Assembly: GCA_016748015.1 (NCBI GenBank)
Contig: JAAOMT010000003.1
Location: 314,373 to 378,372, forward strand
DNA from: Geosiphon pyriformis uo1
Lineage: Eukaryota; Fungi; Glomeromycota
Length of the DNA stretch: 64,000 nt
Reading direction: 5' to 3'
Under the pieces are notes generated by a model. It saw only the letters and a program-made list of their open reading frames with translations. It searched no databases and was not told the origin of the DNA. Of this stretch, positions 14,101 to 27,200 are shown in pieces (the stretch's first letter is position 1; every line of letters begins with the position of its first letter). The translations under genes and the position numbers were made by a program.

Positions 14101-14255
14101 ACAAAGGATTGACTTCAATCCAGAAGCAAAAATTTGGAAATGATTGCCATGTCAAATAGAAAATAGAGCTTTTACTATTTAATTATATAGTACATTACAA
14201 AAAAGAAAAAAAAAATAGAAATGCCAATAGTTTGTCGCAAATAAGACAAATTTAA
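8165..14255 (+). pseudogene. Gypsy-1 gag-pol polyprotein (Gag, aspartic protease, Cys-rich module, dUTPase, RT, RNase H), disrupted
   Basis: Capsid motif PITKLEKFTG.EDNAQVW, CCHC knuckle ~9835, protease ~10510-10860, Cys-rich region ~11120-11780, dUTPase ~12000-12420, RT ~13060-13620, RNase H ending SLS(R)IRQI-TAA. Confidence 0.88.
12000..12420 (+). pseudogene. dUTPase domain inside Gypsy-1 pol
   Basis: Degenerate trimeric-dUTPase motifs: HDTNAEFDL (AGFDL), SKSSLAKK, RGEIIDTEY (GIIDAGY), KIAQAIF, RGIQSFRSTD (RG..GFGSTG). Confidence 0.85.
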
Positions 14256-14285
14256 AAACATTTCAACTTAAAAATATAACAAAAG

Positions 14286-15669
14286 ATAAATATACAAAAA
14301 TATCAACAACTCCAACACTATATTAATACCCAACAGTTTAAGGAGAAATTATCTCCAAAAGAATGAAATCATATCAAACAACAATCTAAATATTTTATCA
14401 CTCACCAAAATACACTTTATTGAAAAAAACAGAAAGAGTCCAGATCAACCAACCAGAGTAATCACAGAACCAGAGAAAGAGACAATATTATTCAACATGC
14501 ACTCAGATCCAACAGCAGAATATTTTCATAAAAAAGCAACTATAGAAAAAATTAGAAAAAGATACTATTGGCCATTTATGTATCCAGATATTATTCAATA
14601 TGTTCAAAATTGTGATGCTTATCAGAAAAAAGGAGGAACAAAACCCAGTAAGCCATTGAGACCAATCAAAATAGGACAACCATTTAATCACATTGGAATT
14701 GACTTAGTTAGACCATTAACCATAACTAGCAAAGGCAACAGATATATTGCAATAGCCATGGACTATCTTACAAAATGACCAGAAGCAAAAGCCATTCAAA
14801 GAGCAGATGCAGAATCTATTGCTGAATTCATTTATTAAGATTTAATCTGTTGACACAGATGTTTAAAAAAACTATTATCAAATCAAGAAATTTACTTTGT
14901 GAATAGAATATTAACAGAATTAAGTCAAAAATTTGGGATAAAAAGACCATTATCATTACCATACTATCCAGAAACAAATGGGTTAATTAAAAAGTTTAAC
15001 AGAACATTATGTAAAGCAATTGCCAAAATCAACCAAAAAAACCAGAACGAATAAGATTTGTTTATACTATCAGTATTATTTACTTACCAGACAATAAAGC
15101 AAAACACTACACAAACAACACTATTTGAATTAGTATATAGTAGAACAGCCATATTACCAGTTAAAATAAAAGTCAAAACATATCTAACAGAACTAATAAT
15201 AGCAAAGAATTTTCAAAGAACATTGTTGAGAAGAACATATAACTTAATGGAGACACTAGAAAACAAATGGTGAAGAGCAGCTAATAATATCCAAAAGTCA
15301 CAAAAAAAACAAAAAATAAGACACAATAACCAATTACCAGATAAACCAGTTAAATTCAGGATTGGAAACAAAGTACTTTTACATCATACCAAAGCAGAAA
15401 AACAATAAAATGAGAAATTTGACCCCAAATAGGATGGATCATTTTACATAAAAAAAATTCTAGGAAATAAAGCTTATAAATTAAGGTTGAACAACAAAAT
15501 CTTAACCAAAGCAGCACATGAAAATTGACTAAAACTATATCAAAATATAGTATCAGCATTTACTAGTAATATTTCACAACTGGAAGCACAAAGAATACTA
15601 GTCCAACCAGATGAGATTCCATGAGATCTGAAACCAATTATAATTATTGAACCAAACATGTTAAATTGA
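14286..15669 (+). pseudogene. Gypsy-1 integrase, apparently its own ORF; no chromodomain seen
   Basis: H2C2 zinc motif (MHSDPT...RYYWP.MY.DI..YVQNCDA), core IGIDLVRPL..MDYLTK, C-terminal FRIGNKVLL..KFDPK..G.F SH3/GPY-F-type tail. Confidence 0.88.
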
Positions 15670-15724
15670 ACAACCAAAAGAATATATAAAGACACATTAT
15701 ATGTAACAAAGACAACAAAAAAAA

Positions 15725-16321
15725 ATAGAAATTATTGACAACATATACACACTGGCACAACAACTTTTTCAACTGATTCAACAACAGAATATGGAAATTA
15801 CTATCAACCAACAAATTATTTAATACCAAGATACTAGGAAAATACTCCAACACAAAGTACAAAGAAAACCAGAAAGCACTATCAACAAAATAATTCTAAA
15901 AGTAAAAGTGGCAATAGAAAAGCCAATAAGTATTACTCCATATTAAAAAGTAACTAAACAAACTTGGAAGTAATAGATACAACAATTTTCAAGAAACTTT
16001 TGTTATTTCCACTTAAGACAACATCTAAATATCTACAATTTATATACAGATAAGACAAAGCAATTATTTAATCCAAAAGTATTACAACAACTTAAACAAT
16101 TTGTGAGGAAAAACAATCTAATCACACAAGCATGAGCCATCTATTGATTACAAATTGGATTTTAAGACTGACCCAAAATTTTACTTAATTTGGTAATGGA
16201 CTCTATTACTATTAACCAAATGGGAAAAATAACCAATGTCTAATTTGAAGAATTACAGAACAAGATAACATAAGTAATTCTTGAATTAAAGTTAAAAGAT
16301 CTCGATGGAGCTCAATATTAA
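15725..16321 (+). pseudogene. Gypsy-1 ORF3 (env position, unknown function), disrupted
   Basis: Reading through stops gives (M)EIIDNIYTLAQQLFQLIQ...CYFHL.QHLNI.NLYTDKTK...NQMGKITNVQFEELQNKITQVILE, colinear with Gypsy-3 ORF3. Confidence 0.7.
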
Positions 16322-16334
16322 AAAAAGAGAATAA

Positions 16335-17221
16335 TGTTACTTGTAGAATATAGAAAATATATTAGCATATAAATTAGCCAATCAGAAGTAGTCATAGTAA
16401 ATATGGAATTCCAGGATTTCTCTTAGAGGAATTGCAGAATTCCAGGAATTTCAAGATTTTTATATAAAGAATCACAGGATTCTAGAATTCCAGGATTCCT
16501 TTCAAAAGAATTGCAGAATTCTAGAAATTCCAGAATTCTTGGTGTAAAGAATTGAAGAATTGAGAAATCTCAATTATGTATATATAATAATAGTATTAAA
16601 AGTAGAAAAGACAAATCTCTCAGTTTAGATTTGATCTAAACAATCTTTCTATTCACAAATATCAATAAATAATTATTTACCATTTTAATCTATTCCCTAC
16701 TATTAACACTTTATGTTGATAGTAATTGATAATTAATCATGCTAAAACAATAACTCTTGATCATGACTATTGACAAGATACTAACTTGCAATCATCTTGG
16801 CTTATTTTCTTTATTATTTCTTTATCTTTTTTATTTTTATTTTTTTCTTTATTTTATTTTGTGTTTATTAATTGATTAAAGATTAAGTATTGAATTATTG
16901 ATGTCAAGAATAACCTGGTAAAAGACCCCAAAGGAAGGGTATAAAATTGAGAATTTAAAGATAGCTTATTAGAAAAACATCTCTGTTAGATTACCAGCCA
17001 CTATATTGAGAAAGAAATTCAATGGAATTGCAATTCTGAGAGACTACTGAAACACTACTAAATCTCTGTCCATTATACAAAAAACTCTAACCCAAAACTT
17101 TCAGATCAACCAAAACCTTCAGATCCATAATACCTTCAAAGATCAACATCATTATATCAATTGAGCACCAAGTTATAAATTTGTTATTTGCTTTAAGACC
17201 CTAAATAATCAGCTTATAACA
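16335..17221 (+). repeat. Gypsy-1 3' LTR, preceded by a polypurine tract at ~16320-16331
   Basis: Direct repeat of 7215-8101; ends TATAACA. Confidence 0.95.
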
Positions 17222-20143
17222 GTGCAAAACTTATGATTTAGTAGACTGGTATTACTTGAAGACAAGCTTGCATCACATCAAAATGTGTGAACAATTTATC
17301 CAGTTTTTTGGCAATATTTATGAAGATAGGGTTAACAGAATGATGACTAACTTTGGGCTTTTAGATAGTTATAGAGTATATGATGGGTTGGATTAAGGAA
17401 AGATTTTTTTTTTACTCCTTTGGAGAATTTTTTATGATCCACTTTTGTGTGAGGTAAAGAGACATAAGCACTTGTACAGATACAAAATAGATACTAGATT
17501 TGTGGCAAAGTCTGGCAGGATTGAGACAGTTGAAGAGAAAACTTTTTTTTTGGCTGCTGGTGTCTTTGTAGATAATACAATTTGGGTCAAGAGCTATCAA
17601 ACTTCTACACAATATATTTTAGACATTATTAGTGAGTTTTTTGAGATTAATAATATTTCAATTAATAATAATAAGATGGTAGTTATTCTTATCAATCAAG
17701 ATGTTAAGAATGTTTTGCTGTTGATCAATGATTTACCAATTTTGATTGCTAAAAAAAGTGAGTCACACCAATATTTGGGTATCTTTTTATTGACTAAGGG
17801 TCTCTTTAAACCCAGTTTGGCTTAAGCTCATAAAGATGTCAGGTTTTTTATTAATGTAGTATTGAAGAAGACTATTACAGATAAACAATTTTGTTACTTG
17901 GTTTTGGCTGTTTTATAGCTCATTGTTAGCTTTTGCATACAGTTTAGTTTTGTTTTTTTGGGTGTATATTATAAGTGGGATACAATAATTAGAGAAGATT
18001 TTAGAGCCAAGACTGGTTTACTATGTGATTTTTCCAAAGAGATTTTACACCATCTATCTCTATATGGTTATGACATTTTTAGACATTTATTTAATCATAG
18101 ATTTTTGGATTTGCAAGTTCTGGAATAGTCCTCTCTAAATATTTACAATTCCCTATTAGATTGTGTGTTAGTCCTATAAACAATTTTTTGGCTGGGGTGG
18201 TAAAAAATTTGATGAATAATGAGTTGTTTTTGGCAAACAATCTGCCTAATGTTTTTTGCAGACCTGGCAATTTTCTAATGTCTGTTATCTTGGATTAATC
18301 CTTGTATTATAAATCTGTTCTTTTATTAAAGTGATTTGGTATTGCATTTGGTGACAGGTTTATAAACAAAAAAAAGAATATAGTAGATTGAAAAATATTT
18401 TGGCATTGGAAATAGTTGGATCCAAGAGACCCTGTGCCTCACTGGTTCATATTGGCATCTAAGTTTATGCACAATTTTGTTTTATTAAGAGTTGAGACTG
18501 CTGCTGTTCTTGGAGAGAATATGCTTAATGTTTTAGATTCTGGGAAGTTCTCTAATGTTTGTAATGATTTACTGGAGGTGTGGTCTGATTACATTGAGGT
18601 TTATACAGATGGGTCTTTAAAAAGTGCTGGCTTTAATAAAATAATAGGTGGAACAGCTGCTTACTTTCCAGCTATGAATGCAAGTATTGGGATTAGAGTA
18701 GCTAGACTTATGTCTTCTACTTTGACTGAATTGTGGGCTGTTATTTTAACTTTGGAGTATGTTCTGTTTTCATGTTCTGTAGTTCTATACTTAAATAGCC
18801 AATTTGCAATTGATGCCTATATGTCTGAGGCTTTTTTTACTGTGCCCAATTTTTACAACCAATGTTGGATTAAAAGATTGCAGATAGTCAATCTTCTTAG
18901 GGATAAAGATATTTCTATCAAGTAAGTGAAGGTTAAGGAACATTTTTGTACCTGACAATATTAGGACTGATGCATTGGTTAATGAAACCATGTTCTTGCC
19001 TTTTTCTCTGTTGGCTAAAATTCAAGAGAAGTATTTGGTTGCTGAGAAAACTGCTGTGTTTGACAATGTTTGTCACTTTGTTCATGATTTGTACTGATCA
19101 ATTTGCCATGCCCATTGGGAAGCTGGTTTTGGTTTTAATATTATTCCTGGTACTATGGTTAATAAAATTGAATGAAAGACTACTACAGAGGTTTGGCACT
19201 CTGATTTACATATGCTTTCTGGATTTATTGATAGAAAATTGGCTAATTTGTATACATATTTGATGAAGGCTGTTTATAGATGACTACCAGTAGCAGTTAA
19301 GAAAAGATTGTATAACAGAGGTTATCTTGAAGTGTTGTGCTTGTTGTGTGATAAGATGGAGTTGTCTGACTATGTTTTTACTTGTTCCAGTTAAAGCTAC
19401 TAGTAAATAGATGTTGTTATCTGGTATTTTGTACTCATCTGTTTCTGCCATTTTACAGTCACTTTCTATGTGTTTTTTAGATGTGGGCCTGTACACAGTT
19501 ATTTGCAAGAGCTTTGTATTGAGAAATTGGTATGTTAAGGCTGTTTTAGTTTTTGAGAAAAAGAGGAAAGCTGCTCTTGCTCTTGTGGAGTTTAGTAGAT
19601 TTGTGGTGGAGTTGCACCATGCCAAGATATGAACTGTCAGAGCCAAACATAGAGTAGATATAGAAAAGGCTGGCTTGGTTGGAGATGATGATGTGGTTTC
19701 AGGCTTGTTTTGCTGTTTAGTTTCTATGTTGTCAGTTAGAGTTGTCTATATGCTTTGAATTATAGAATTTTTTACTGTTAGATTTAATAGGTGCAAATTG
19801 TGTTATTTTTTCTTTGGTTTAGGTAATGATGTATTTGTTAGCATAGATATATAGTGTTGCCTTGTCTGGCTTAAGTGACTGGTTATATGTAATAAGTATA
19901 TAAACTGCGTTTAGTTAGTTCCTCTTAGTTTGGTTCTATGTATTAAATAGTGATTGGACTTCACTTATTAAACTTGTAATAAATAAATAAATAAATAAAT
20001 TTAATAAATAAAAAAACATTAAAAACAAAAACCAGTTTATTTAAAAAATTTTTAATTAAAATTATTTATTATTTATTATTTTACAATATTAAAATATTTA
20101 ATTAATTATAATTAAAAAATAAANNNNNNNNNNNNNNNNNNNN

Positions 20144-21074
20144 TTGGCACTCTGATTTACATATGCTTTCTGGATTTATTGATAGAAAATTGGCTAATTT
20201 GTATACATATTTGATGAAGGCTGTTTATAGATGACTACCAGTAGCAGTTAAGAAAAGATTGTATAACAGAGGTTATCTTGAAGTGTTGTGCTTGTTGTGT
20301 GATAAGATGGAGTTGTCTGACTATGTTTTTACTTGTTCCAGTTAAAGCTACTAGTAAATAGATGTTGTTATCTGGTATTTTGTACTCATCTGTTTCTGCC
20401 ATTTTACAGTCACTTTCTATGTGTTTTTTAGATGTGGGCCTGTACACAGTTATTTGCAAGAGCTTTGTATTGAGAAATTGGTATGTTAAGGCTGTTTTAG
20501 TTTTTGAGAAAAAGAGGAAAGCTGCTCTTGCTCTTGTGGAGTTTAGTAGATTTGTGGTGGAGTTGCACCATGCCAAGATATGAACTGTCAGAGCCAAACA
20601 TAGAGTAGATATAGAAAAGGCTGGCTTGGTTGGAGATGATGATGTGGTTTCAGGCTTGTTTTGCTGTTTAGTTTCTATGTTGTCAGTTAGAGTTGTCTAT
20701 ATGCTTTGAATTATAGAATTTTTTACTGTTAGATTTAATAGGTGCAAATTGTGTTATTTTTTCTTTGGTTTAGGTAATGATGTATTTGTTAGCATAGATA
20801 TATAGTGTTGCCTTGTCTGGCTTAAGTGACTGGTTATATGTAATAAGTATATAAACTGCGTTTAGTTAGTTCCTCTTAGTTTGGTTCTATGTATTAAATA
20901 GTGATTGGACTTCACTTATTAAACTTGTAATAAATAAATAAATAAATAAATTTAATAAATAAAAAAACATTAAAAACAAAAACCAGTTTATTTAAAAAAT
21001 TTTTAATTAAAATTATTTATTATTTATTATTTTACAATATTAAAATATTTAATTAATTATAATTAAAAAATAAA
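20144..21074. other. Assembly artefact: exact duplicate of 19193-20123 after a 20-N gap
   Basis: Identical ORFs at an offset of 951 bp on either side of N(20124-20143), with no differences despite heavy mutation everywhere else. Confidence 0.9.
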
Positions 21075-21242
21075 ATTATTATTATAATAGATTTTATCAA
21101 TATTAATAATTTGTTAAAAAAATTATTTTATGATAAATTTGTAAATTTATATATTTTATATTAAAAATTTTATTATTTGTTAAATAAAAACCAAATTTTG
21201 TTAACTGTTTTTTGGTTAATATGAATAGTATTTTTGTAAAAC

Positions 21243-24200
21243 TTTTTTTTTTATTACGTTTAATAAGTAAGGTTCAAACACTGTCTAATACAATACATTA
21301 AAGAATCAATTTAAACTAGGTGTAAATCATGTATTTTTTACACATGACCAGCCATTCAAGCAGATCAGAACAATACTATGTACTTATATAAACAGAGACA
21401 GAGTTCTCAATACCTGAAAAAATTAAACAAGATCTATAAAATCCAAAGCTTATACCAAATATCTCATTAATACCTAGCAATTTAATCACACCAGTAAAAA
21501 ACATTAAAAACAGCCCAAAAACTGAATCCAGAACTGACTTATTACATAATATTAGCCTATTTTTTTCATAAAAGCATGATGCTTAGCACAGACCAACCAA
21601 ATTTCCTTCTTAAAAGTGAGACAGAAGTTACACACAAAGTTCACAACCTTCTGACTCACAACTTTGAAATCTTTGAAAACAGATACAGTCTCTTAAAGCC
21701 AATCTTTAAAGACAAAGCCTTTGCAAAAAGCTGTACATACTACAGCATTCAAAACACAGGAGAACAATAATTGTAACACACATAAAGAAGAAAGAAAAAG
21801 ACCAGAAAGCACACACTAAACAGCTACATAAGCATTCAACAATTGATAACAAACAGAATTATTAACCACTGTTACAGTTTAAAAATTTAATAAGAATTAT
21901 AAATAATATAAATTAGCCAATTATGAAATAGCATAACAACAATTTATAAAAAGAAAAAAGAAATGATTTACAAATAACAGCAAGTACTACTATACAATAG
22001 CAGCAAGCACTATTTTACAATAGCAGTAAGCACTATTATGCAAAAACAGCAAGCACTATTTCATAATAGCAGTAAGTACTATTTAGAAATAATAGAAATA
22101 GAATATTACAAGACATTATTTTGTAAAACAATAATTATATATATATATAATAGTTTTTAATAATGAAATATCTAACAGCTTCAACTCAACTCAAAGCAAC
22201 AAATATCTAAATAAAATCTTATTCAAAAAAAATTAATAAAAATAATAAATTGAATTAACATTACAATTACAAGATTAACAATAGAATTTACATACTCTCT
22301 CTAGCAAATAAAACTATCATTTTATTTTTGAATCTTTTGGAAGAATAATCTCTGATCAAAATTATTCATGTGGTTATTAATTAAATTGAAAAGACTTTAT
22401 TATATACTTAGAAAAATCATGAAAAAACCATTAACATTCCATGTTTTTAGATTAGAAAAACACATCAGACAATTGCAAAAATAGCTTTAGAGAAGACCCC
22501 AAACAGTGGGTAGATTTCAAATTAGCCTTTGAAAAGGAGTACACAACATACAAAAACAACTAAAATTAAAAAGAAGACTTACATCACAACATTAAAAGAA
22601 AATCTTTAGTATATTATCATTAATATTTAATACATAAAATTAAAAAACTCATAAGAAACTGATTGCAATTAAAATAGGATATCAACAATTAAAATATACC
22701 AAAAAAACTTCATAACACCATGCAAGAAAAGCATGATCAGAAATTTCAACATTATCACAATACAAACATAATACACTAGAATAACACTTGTCATATAGAC
22801 ATTTCCAAACAGCAACTGGCAATCAATAATGCAAAGCTTTTATGAAGTATATGTAAATGTCAGCAGTAAGCTTATTAGTAAAACCAGCAGTCATGTGTGA
22901 ATCAGAATGCCACACCAAGGATGAGCTAGACCAATTAACATCTAAGAACAAATTATCATTCAACATTCCAGACCCAGAACCAACTTTTCAGCATATACAA
23001 TAAATAAATCAGAAAATGTCTAGAATTACCAGAAACAATACTACCTCTAACCAAAACACAATGTTCCTTCAAATTAGAAGGAAAGCACCAGGAGAAAAGA
23101 GAAGCATTGTCAACAAGTGCATTAGCACTTTTATTATCAAAGATATCCAAATGATCTTTAATTTTGTACCAGCTAACATCCAAATTCTTTCTTTTAATAA
23201 TGTTTACGATATGTTAATGTTTGACCCAACACCAATTCCAAAAATTCAAGTATACTAAACTCAGCTTTGATTTACACACATTCAAGGCAGTCTAACTGTT
23301 CATAAAAAGATGGACTGAGTTGAGAGAGAGGACACATTTAAGAGCCAATACAATAGTCTGCAGCTCTGCCAAAATAAAGAACAACAGACCAAAGACTCTA
23401 ACCCTCAAGCCCAATTTCACATCTCCAATAAAAACTACTATATCAGTCTTCATGTTGATACTTATCAAGTCCTTCAGAGATCTATTTATATAGACAAAAA
23501 GGCTGTTAGTCATAACATCTACCAAATAATTACAAACACACTTGAACTCACAAGACTCCAAAACATTTGAAACATTAAAACCATCTAAAAAAAAAGAGCC
23601 AACAGAAGAAAAAGCTATACCACTAAGAAAATCAATAAAAATTTTAAACCAGTCAAGAACAAAGCCACATGGATCCAATTTTTTTTAACACTTGAAAGTT
23701 ATCTAATCAAAGATAGTACCCTTCTGACTATGAAGCTGTTTTATAAAAACTATGCTATATCACTAAAATAAAGGGAGAAACTGAAAAAATTCTGACTCAT
23801 CAAGCATAGTTGACATAGAAATTTCATTATAAAAATGAAAAAAATTGATCATTAGACCACTCAAGAACAAATTGTACCCAAAAAAAATACAAATCACATC
23901 TGTTAAAAAGTTATTAGATGAACTGACTCAAATGCAAGCTAAAGAACACAAAAAATAAAGTGGATGCCAATTCAAAGTTTGCAAGTCAAGAGATCTGTAT
24001 AAAAACAAATGACCCAAAATCTCAACAGAGTTTACAAAATACACAACAGAAGCCACTTTGCTCTTAGTCTGAATCTGCTTAAAAGTTTTCAAACCATATA
24101 ACAAAAAGTGGTAAAGTGCATTATTGGGAAAGTTAAGAGGTAAACCAGATTTCAATTTCAAGTCCTTGTGAATCAAAACATCTTACTTTTCATACACTCC

Positions 24201-27200
24201 AACAGGAATAAAGCTGAACTGTATTCTATAGTTAACAATAAGATAGAGAACAGCCAACACCAAATATAAGAACTGCTTATCTAAAATGGTCTTTTTTAAT
24301 ACAAAATTAGCAAAAAACCTGACATCTGAATGTGCTTTAGTTAAACTAGACTTTGACAAACTCTCAGTAAACAGAAAGATACCCAGATAATAATGAGACT
24401 CTTCTTTTCTGGTAATAGAAATAGGCAAACTACTAATTGACAAAGAAGGGCATACAATTTTACAATTAATAAGGATAACTATTATCTTGTTATTATTAAT
24501 AGAAATGTTATTGATTCTAAAAAATTCACTAGCAATATTGAAAATGTGTTGTATTATAGTCTGACTGCCACCAATCTAGATTGTATCATTGACAAAAGCA
24601 CTAGCAGTGAAAAAAAATGTTAATTCAGCCTGAAATTTTACATGACCAGTCTTAACAAAAAAATGAAAATTTAATCTATATTTACACATACTTTCTTGTT
24701 TCTTGACTTCACATAAAAGAAGATCATAAAAAATGTGCCAAAAAAGAGATAAGAACACTTCCTCTTAATCTAAACTATCATGTACCTGATATTTATCTGT
24801 TAATTCAAAATCTGTTATAACTTTATTAACACAATTATTGTGAATATTACCAAAAAATCTAATGAATTTGTCACATATTTTAATTCTAACTAAGCTTTTT
24901 CTAAGATGCTTCTATCCAACAGAATTGTAAGCCTTTTGTATGTTTTGTAAGACCAGTCAGAGTTCACAGTTCTTTTTTAAAGCATCCTCAATAACTGAAC
25001 CAATGGCAAAAATGAGAGACTGTATTGTCATACCCTTTAAAACCAAAAAATTGTCTTCTCATAAAACATCAAAAATGCTGTATACCAAAGAGATTCTGTT
25101 CAAAAAAATTTTGGAAAAAATTTTGCAAGCAGTCTCAATCAAGACAATAGATCAGGTGTTTATAAAAACTCCTTCTCACTTATATAGTTTGGAAATCATT
25201 GATACCCAAGCTTTCTTCCAAGTACTGAATACTGATTCATAAAACAAACAAAAATTCAGCAACACCAAAAACATATCCAAAATCATCCTGTTATAATGCT
25301 TCTAGAGCTTATTTGAGACCCCAAAAAAACCAGCAGCTTTGCTATTAGGCAAGCCAGAAACTATACCAAACAACTCATTAAAACTGACTGGATTTATTAT
25401 GTCCAAAAAAGCATTATTAAATATGTATTTTAATGGTCGATATTAACAAGACCAATCATCAGAAAAATCTGTTATTATCTTATACTTTCTAGTCCAGCTT
25501 TTTATAATCACATCTATCTTGGTCTTAATCAAGTTAGATTCCAGAATTAGTTTATTCTTAATGATCAAATAGTCTAAAACTATTTTTTAAAATAGACACT
25601 CTAGCATGCTTCTAATTATGTAACCTTTATTAACTGCAAAATTTTTTATTTATCTATCAATAGCTGTCCTAATTCTTAACTTCTTAGCTTATAAAGATTT
25701 AGCAAACTTGGAGGCATAATATGACTTCTATACACCAAAAAAAACCAAATGTACATGATCAAGATCTGTACCAGAATCCAACAAAGTCTAAACAGATAAA
25801 GCTTCATTGATGTTTAAGAATGTCTAATGGCCGATTAAAGACTTAAATACACCATTAACACTCCTATATAAAGACTTAACTAATCTTGACACCAAAATTT
25901 CCAACTTATAAAACTTAGAAGACTCTTTGGTAAAAATACCATTAAAATTCTTGAACCATTTTTTCTTGAAATTTTATTTGTCAAGAGACACATCACCTTG
26001 TAAACAGTATTCCACATGGTATTCAAATTTATAAATCTCTCAGATACAAGAAACTTATTGAAGAACATTGTTGCATTTATCACTATAAACTTCTTGAATC
26101 TGCACTATTTCACCTTATCAACATTTTTAACATCAAACTTCTAATGATCCCTATTTGCTTGTTTGCAAAGAGAGTTTAGCTGCATATTCAAAAGTCCATC
26201 CAAACTCACAGACACAAAAACAGTTTAGTGATTAGTGTTAAAGTGTTCACTAACATCCAAAATCTTACAACTCATTATTGTATTAACCAAATTTAAGAAA
26301 ATAAATATGTAATTTATTGTTTTCTTAACATCTCTTAAATTTTTTCATGTAGAACTTTTTGCAACTAAACTTCCTGACAGAGAGTTTACCAACTTCAAAT
26401 TGAGACATTTTTTGAAATTGGCACACCTGTATAAATCATTTTTGTGGAAATTTCTACCTAAGACAACAAAAAAAAACTTATTCACTGCTTTTGCAATTAA
26501 AAAGTTGACTTTTTTAGCCTAAGACAAACACACAGACAGCATAGCACCAGCATAAAGCCCCAGAATTGAAACAAACAACTTATTTTTGAAAAGCAGTCTA
26601 ATAAACAAAAGCCTACTAGCAATTTCTGAAACCTTATATATATGTTTTGTCAAAGCAATGTTTATTATAATTGCAATGCTAAAGCCCAAATAACCAGACT
26701 TCAAACCAGATGTAAACATTTAAATCCCATCAAACTTATTCACAATCTATAAATAAACTCTACCTCTTAATTTTGTTTCTGTAATAATAAATACCAAATT
26801 TTTTATTTCTATATGTCAATAGACAATATCTACTTGTTTGGCAGGATTGTTTATGCTTCTAACATTGCACATAGCTATTTTTCAAACTAAATCCGTTATT
26901 GAAAGAAAGAGAGAGCCACAAAACCCAAACCAGAGCACAACTGATCCAATCTTTTTAGAACTGAACTAATCAAAACCTCTAAAGCCACTATTTTTGATTT
27001 CAATTCATCCACTTTGACAGTCAGAACTTTTAAACTACTTAAACCAAACTCTAAAGCAGTAATTCCAACAACTGGTAGGAAGGGAGCAGGTGGGGCTGAT
27101 AGATTTTCTATAATCATGTTCAAATTCAAATCCGAAACCAGAAAAACAGAAGCAGCCAGAAGAAAAACATAAGAGATAGATGACAAAAACACCAATTCAA

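Larger units (their letters stand above)
7215..17221 (+). mobile_element. Ty3/gypsy LTR retrotransposon (Gypsy-1), full length, degenerate
   Basis: Two 887-bp LTRs (TGTTAC...TAACA), PBS, PPT. Domain order: gag, protease (LILDS(G)), Cys-rich, dUTPase, RT (MSPWSS, FCVDY.KLN, MPFGL, YLD(D)), RNase H, integrase (H..H..C..C, IGIDLV, GPF-type tail), ORF3. Flanks are GCAC and GTGC. Confidence 0.95.
5249..19854 (+). pseudogene. LINE-B ORF2 (APE-RT-RNase H-CCHC), disrupted and split by the gypsy insertion
   Basis: Motifs as listed for LINE-B. The reading frame LQ(D)M(R)K(A)YD is restored when 7215-17221 and one 4-bp TSD copy are removed. Confidence 0.88.
3207..20000 (+). mobile_element. Full-length non-LTR retrotransposon (LINE-B, family alpha), about 6.8 kb once the nested gypsy (7215-17221) is removed; degenerate
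   Basis: ORF1 ~3333-5252 (RRM-like domains, CEKCKHFGHSALK knuckle). ORF2 from 5249: APE endonuclease (WKVVTCNVR, LDGDFNE, IDH), RT (PNNKAAGL.EIPNELWK, RPIAL, LQNM[insert]KTYD, FVDNTIW, YLGIF), RNase H (VYTDGSL..STLTEL) and a C-terminal CLLC..SD zinc finger. 3' UTR followed by a (TAAA)n tail at ~19977-20000. Confidence 0.93.

Noticed and set aside
15540-15670. Possible chromodomain at the integrase C-terminus
   Set aside because: The tail after the GPF/SH3-like region is short and lacks chromodomain aromatic motifs in Gypsy-1 and -3. The Gypsy-2 tail runs into a gap.
19193-21074. Apparent 931-bp tandem duplication of the LINE-B 3' end
   Set aside because: The copies are identical, include flanking DNA and abut a 20-N gap. 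This is an unmerged contig overlap, not biology.
21975-22085. Regular ~22-bp repeats resembling a CRISPR array
   Set aside because: No unique spacers, no cas genes, eukaryotic context; they lie inside a solo LTR.
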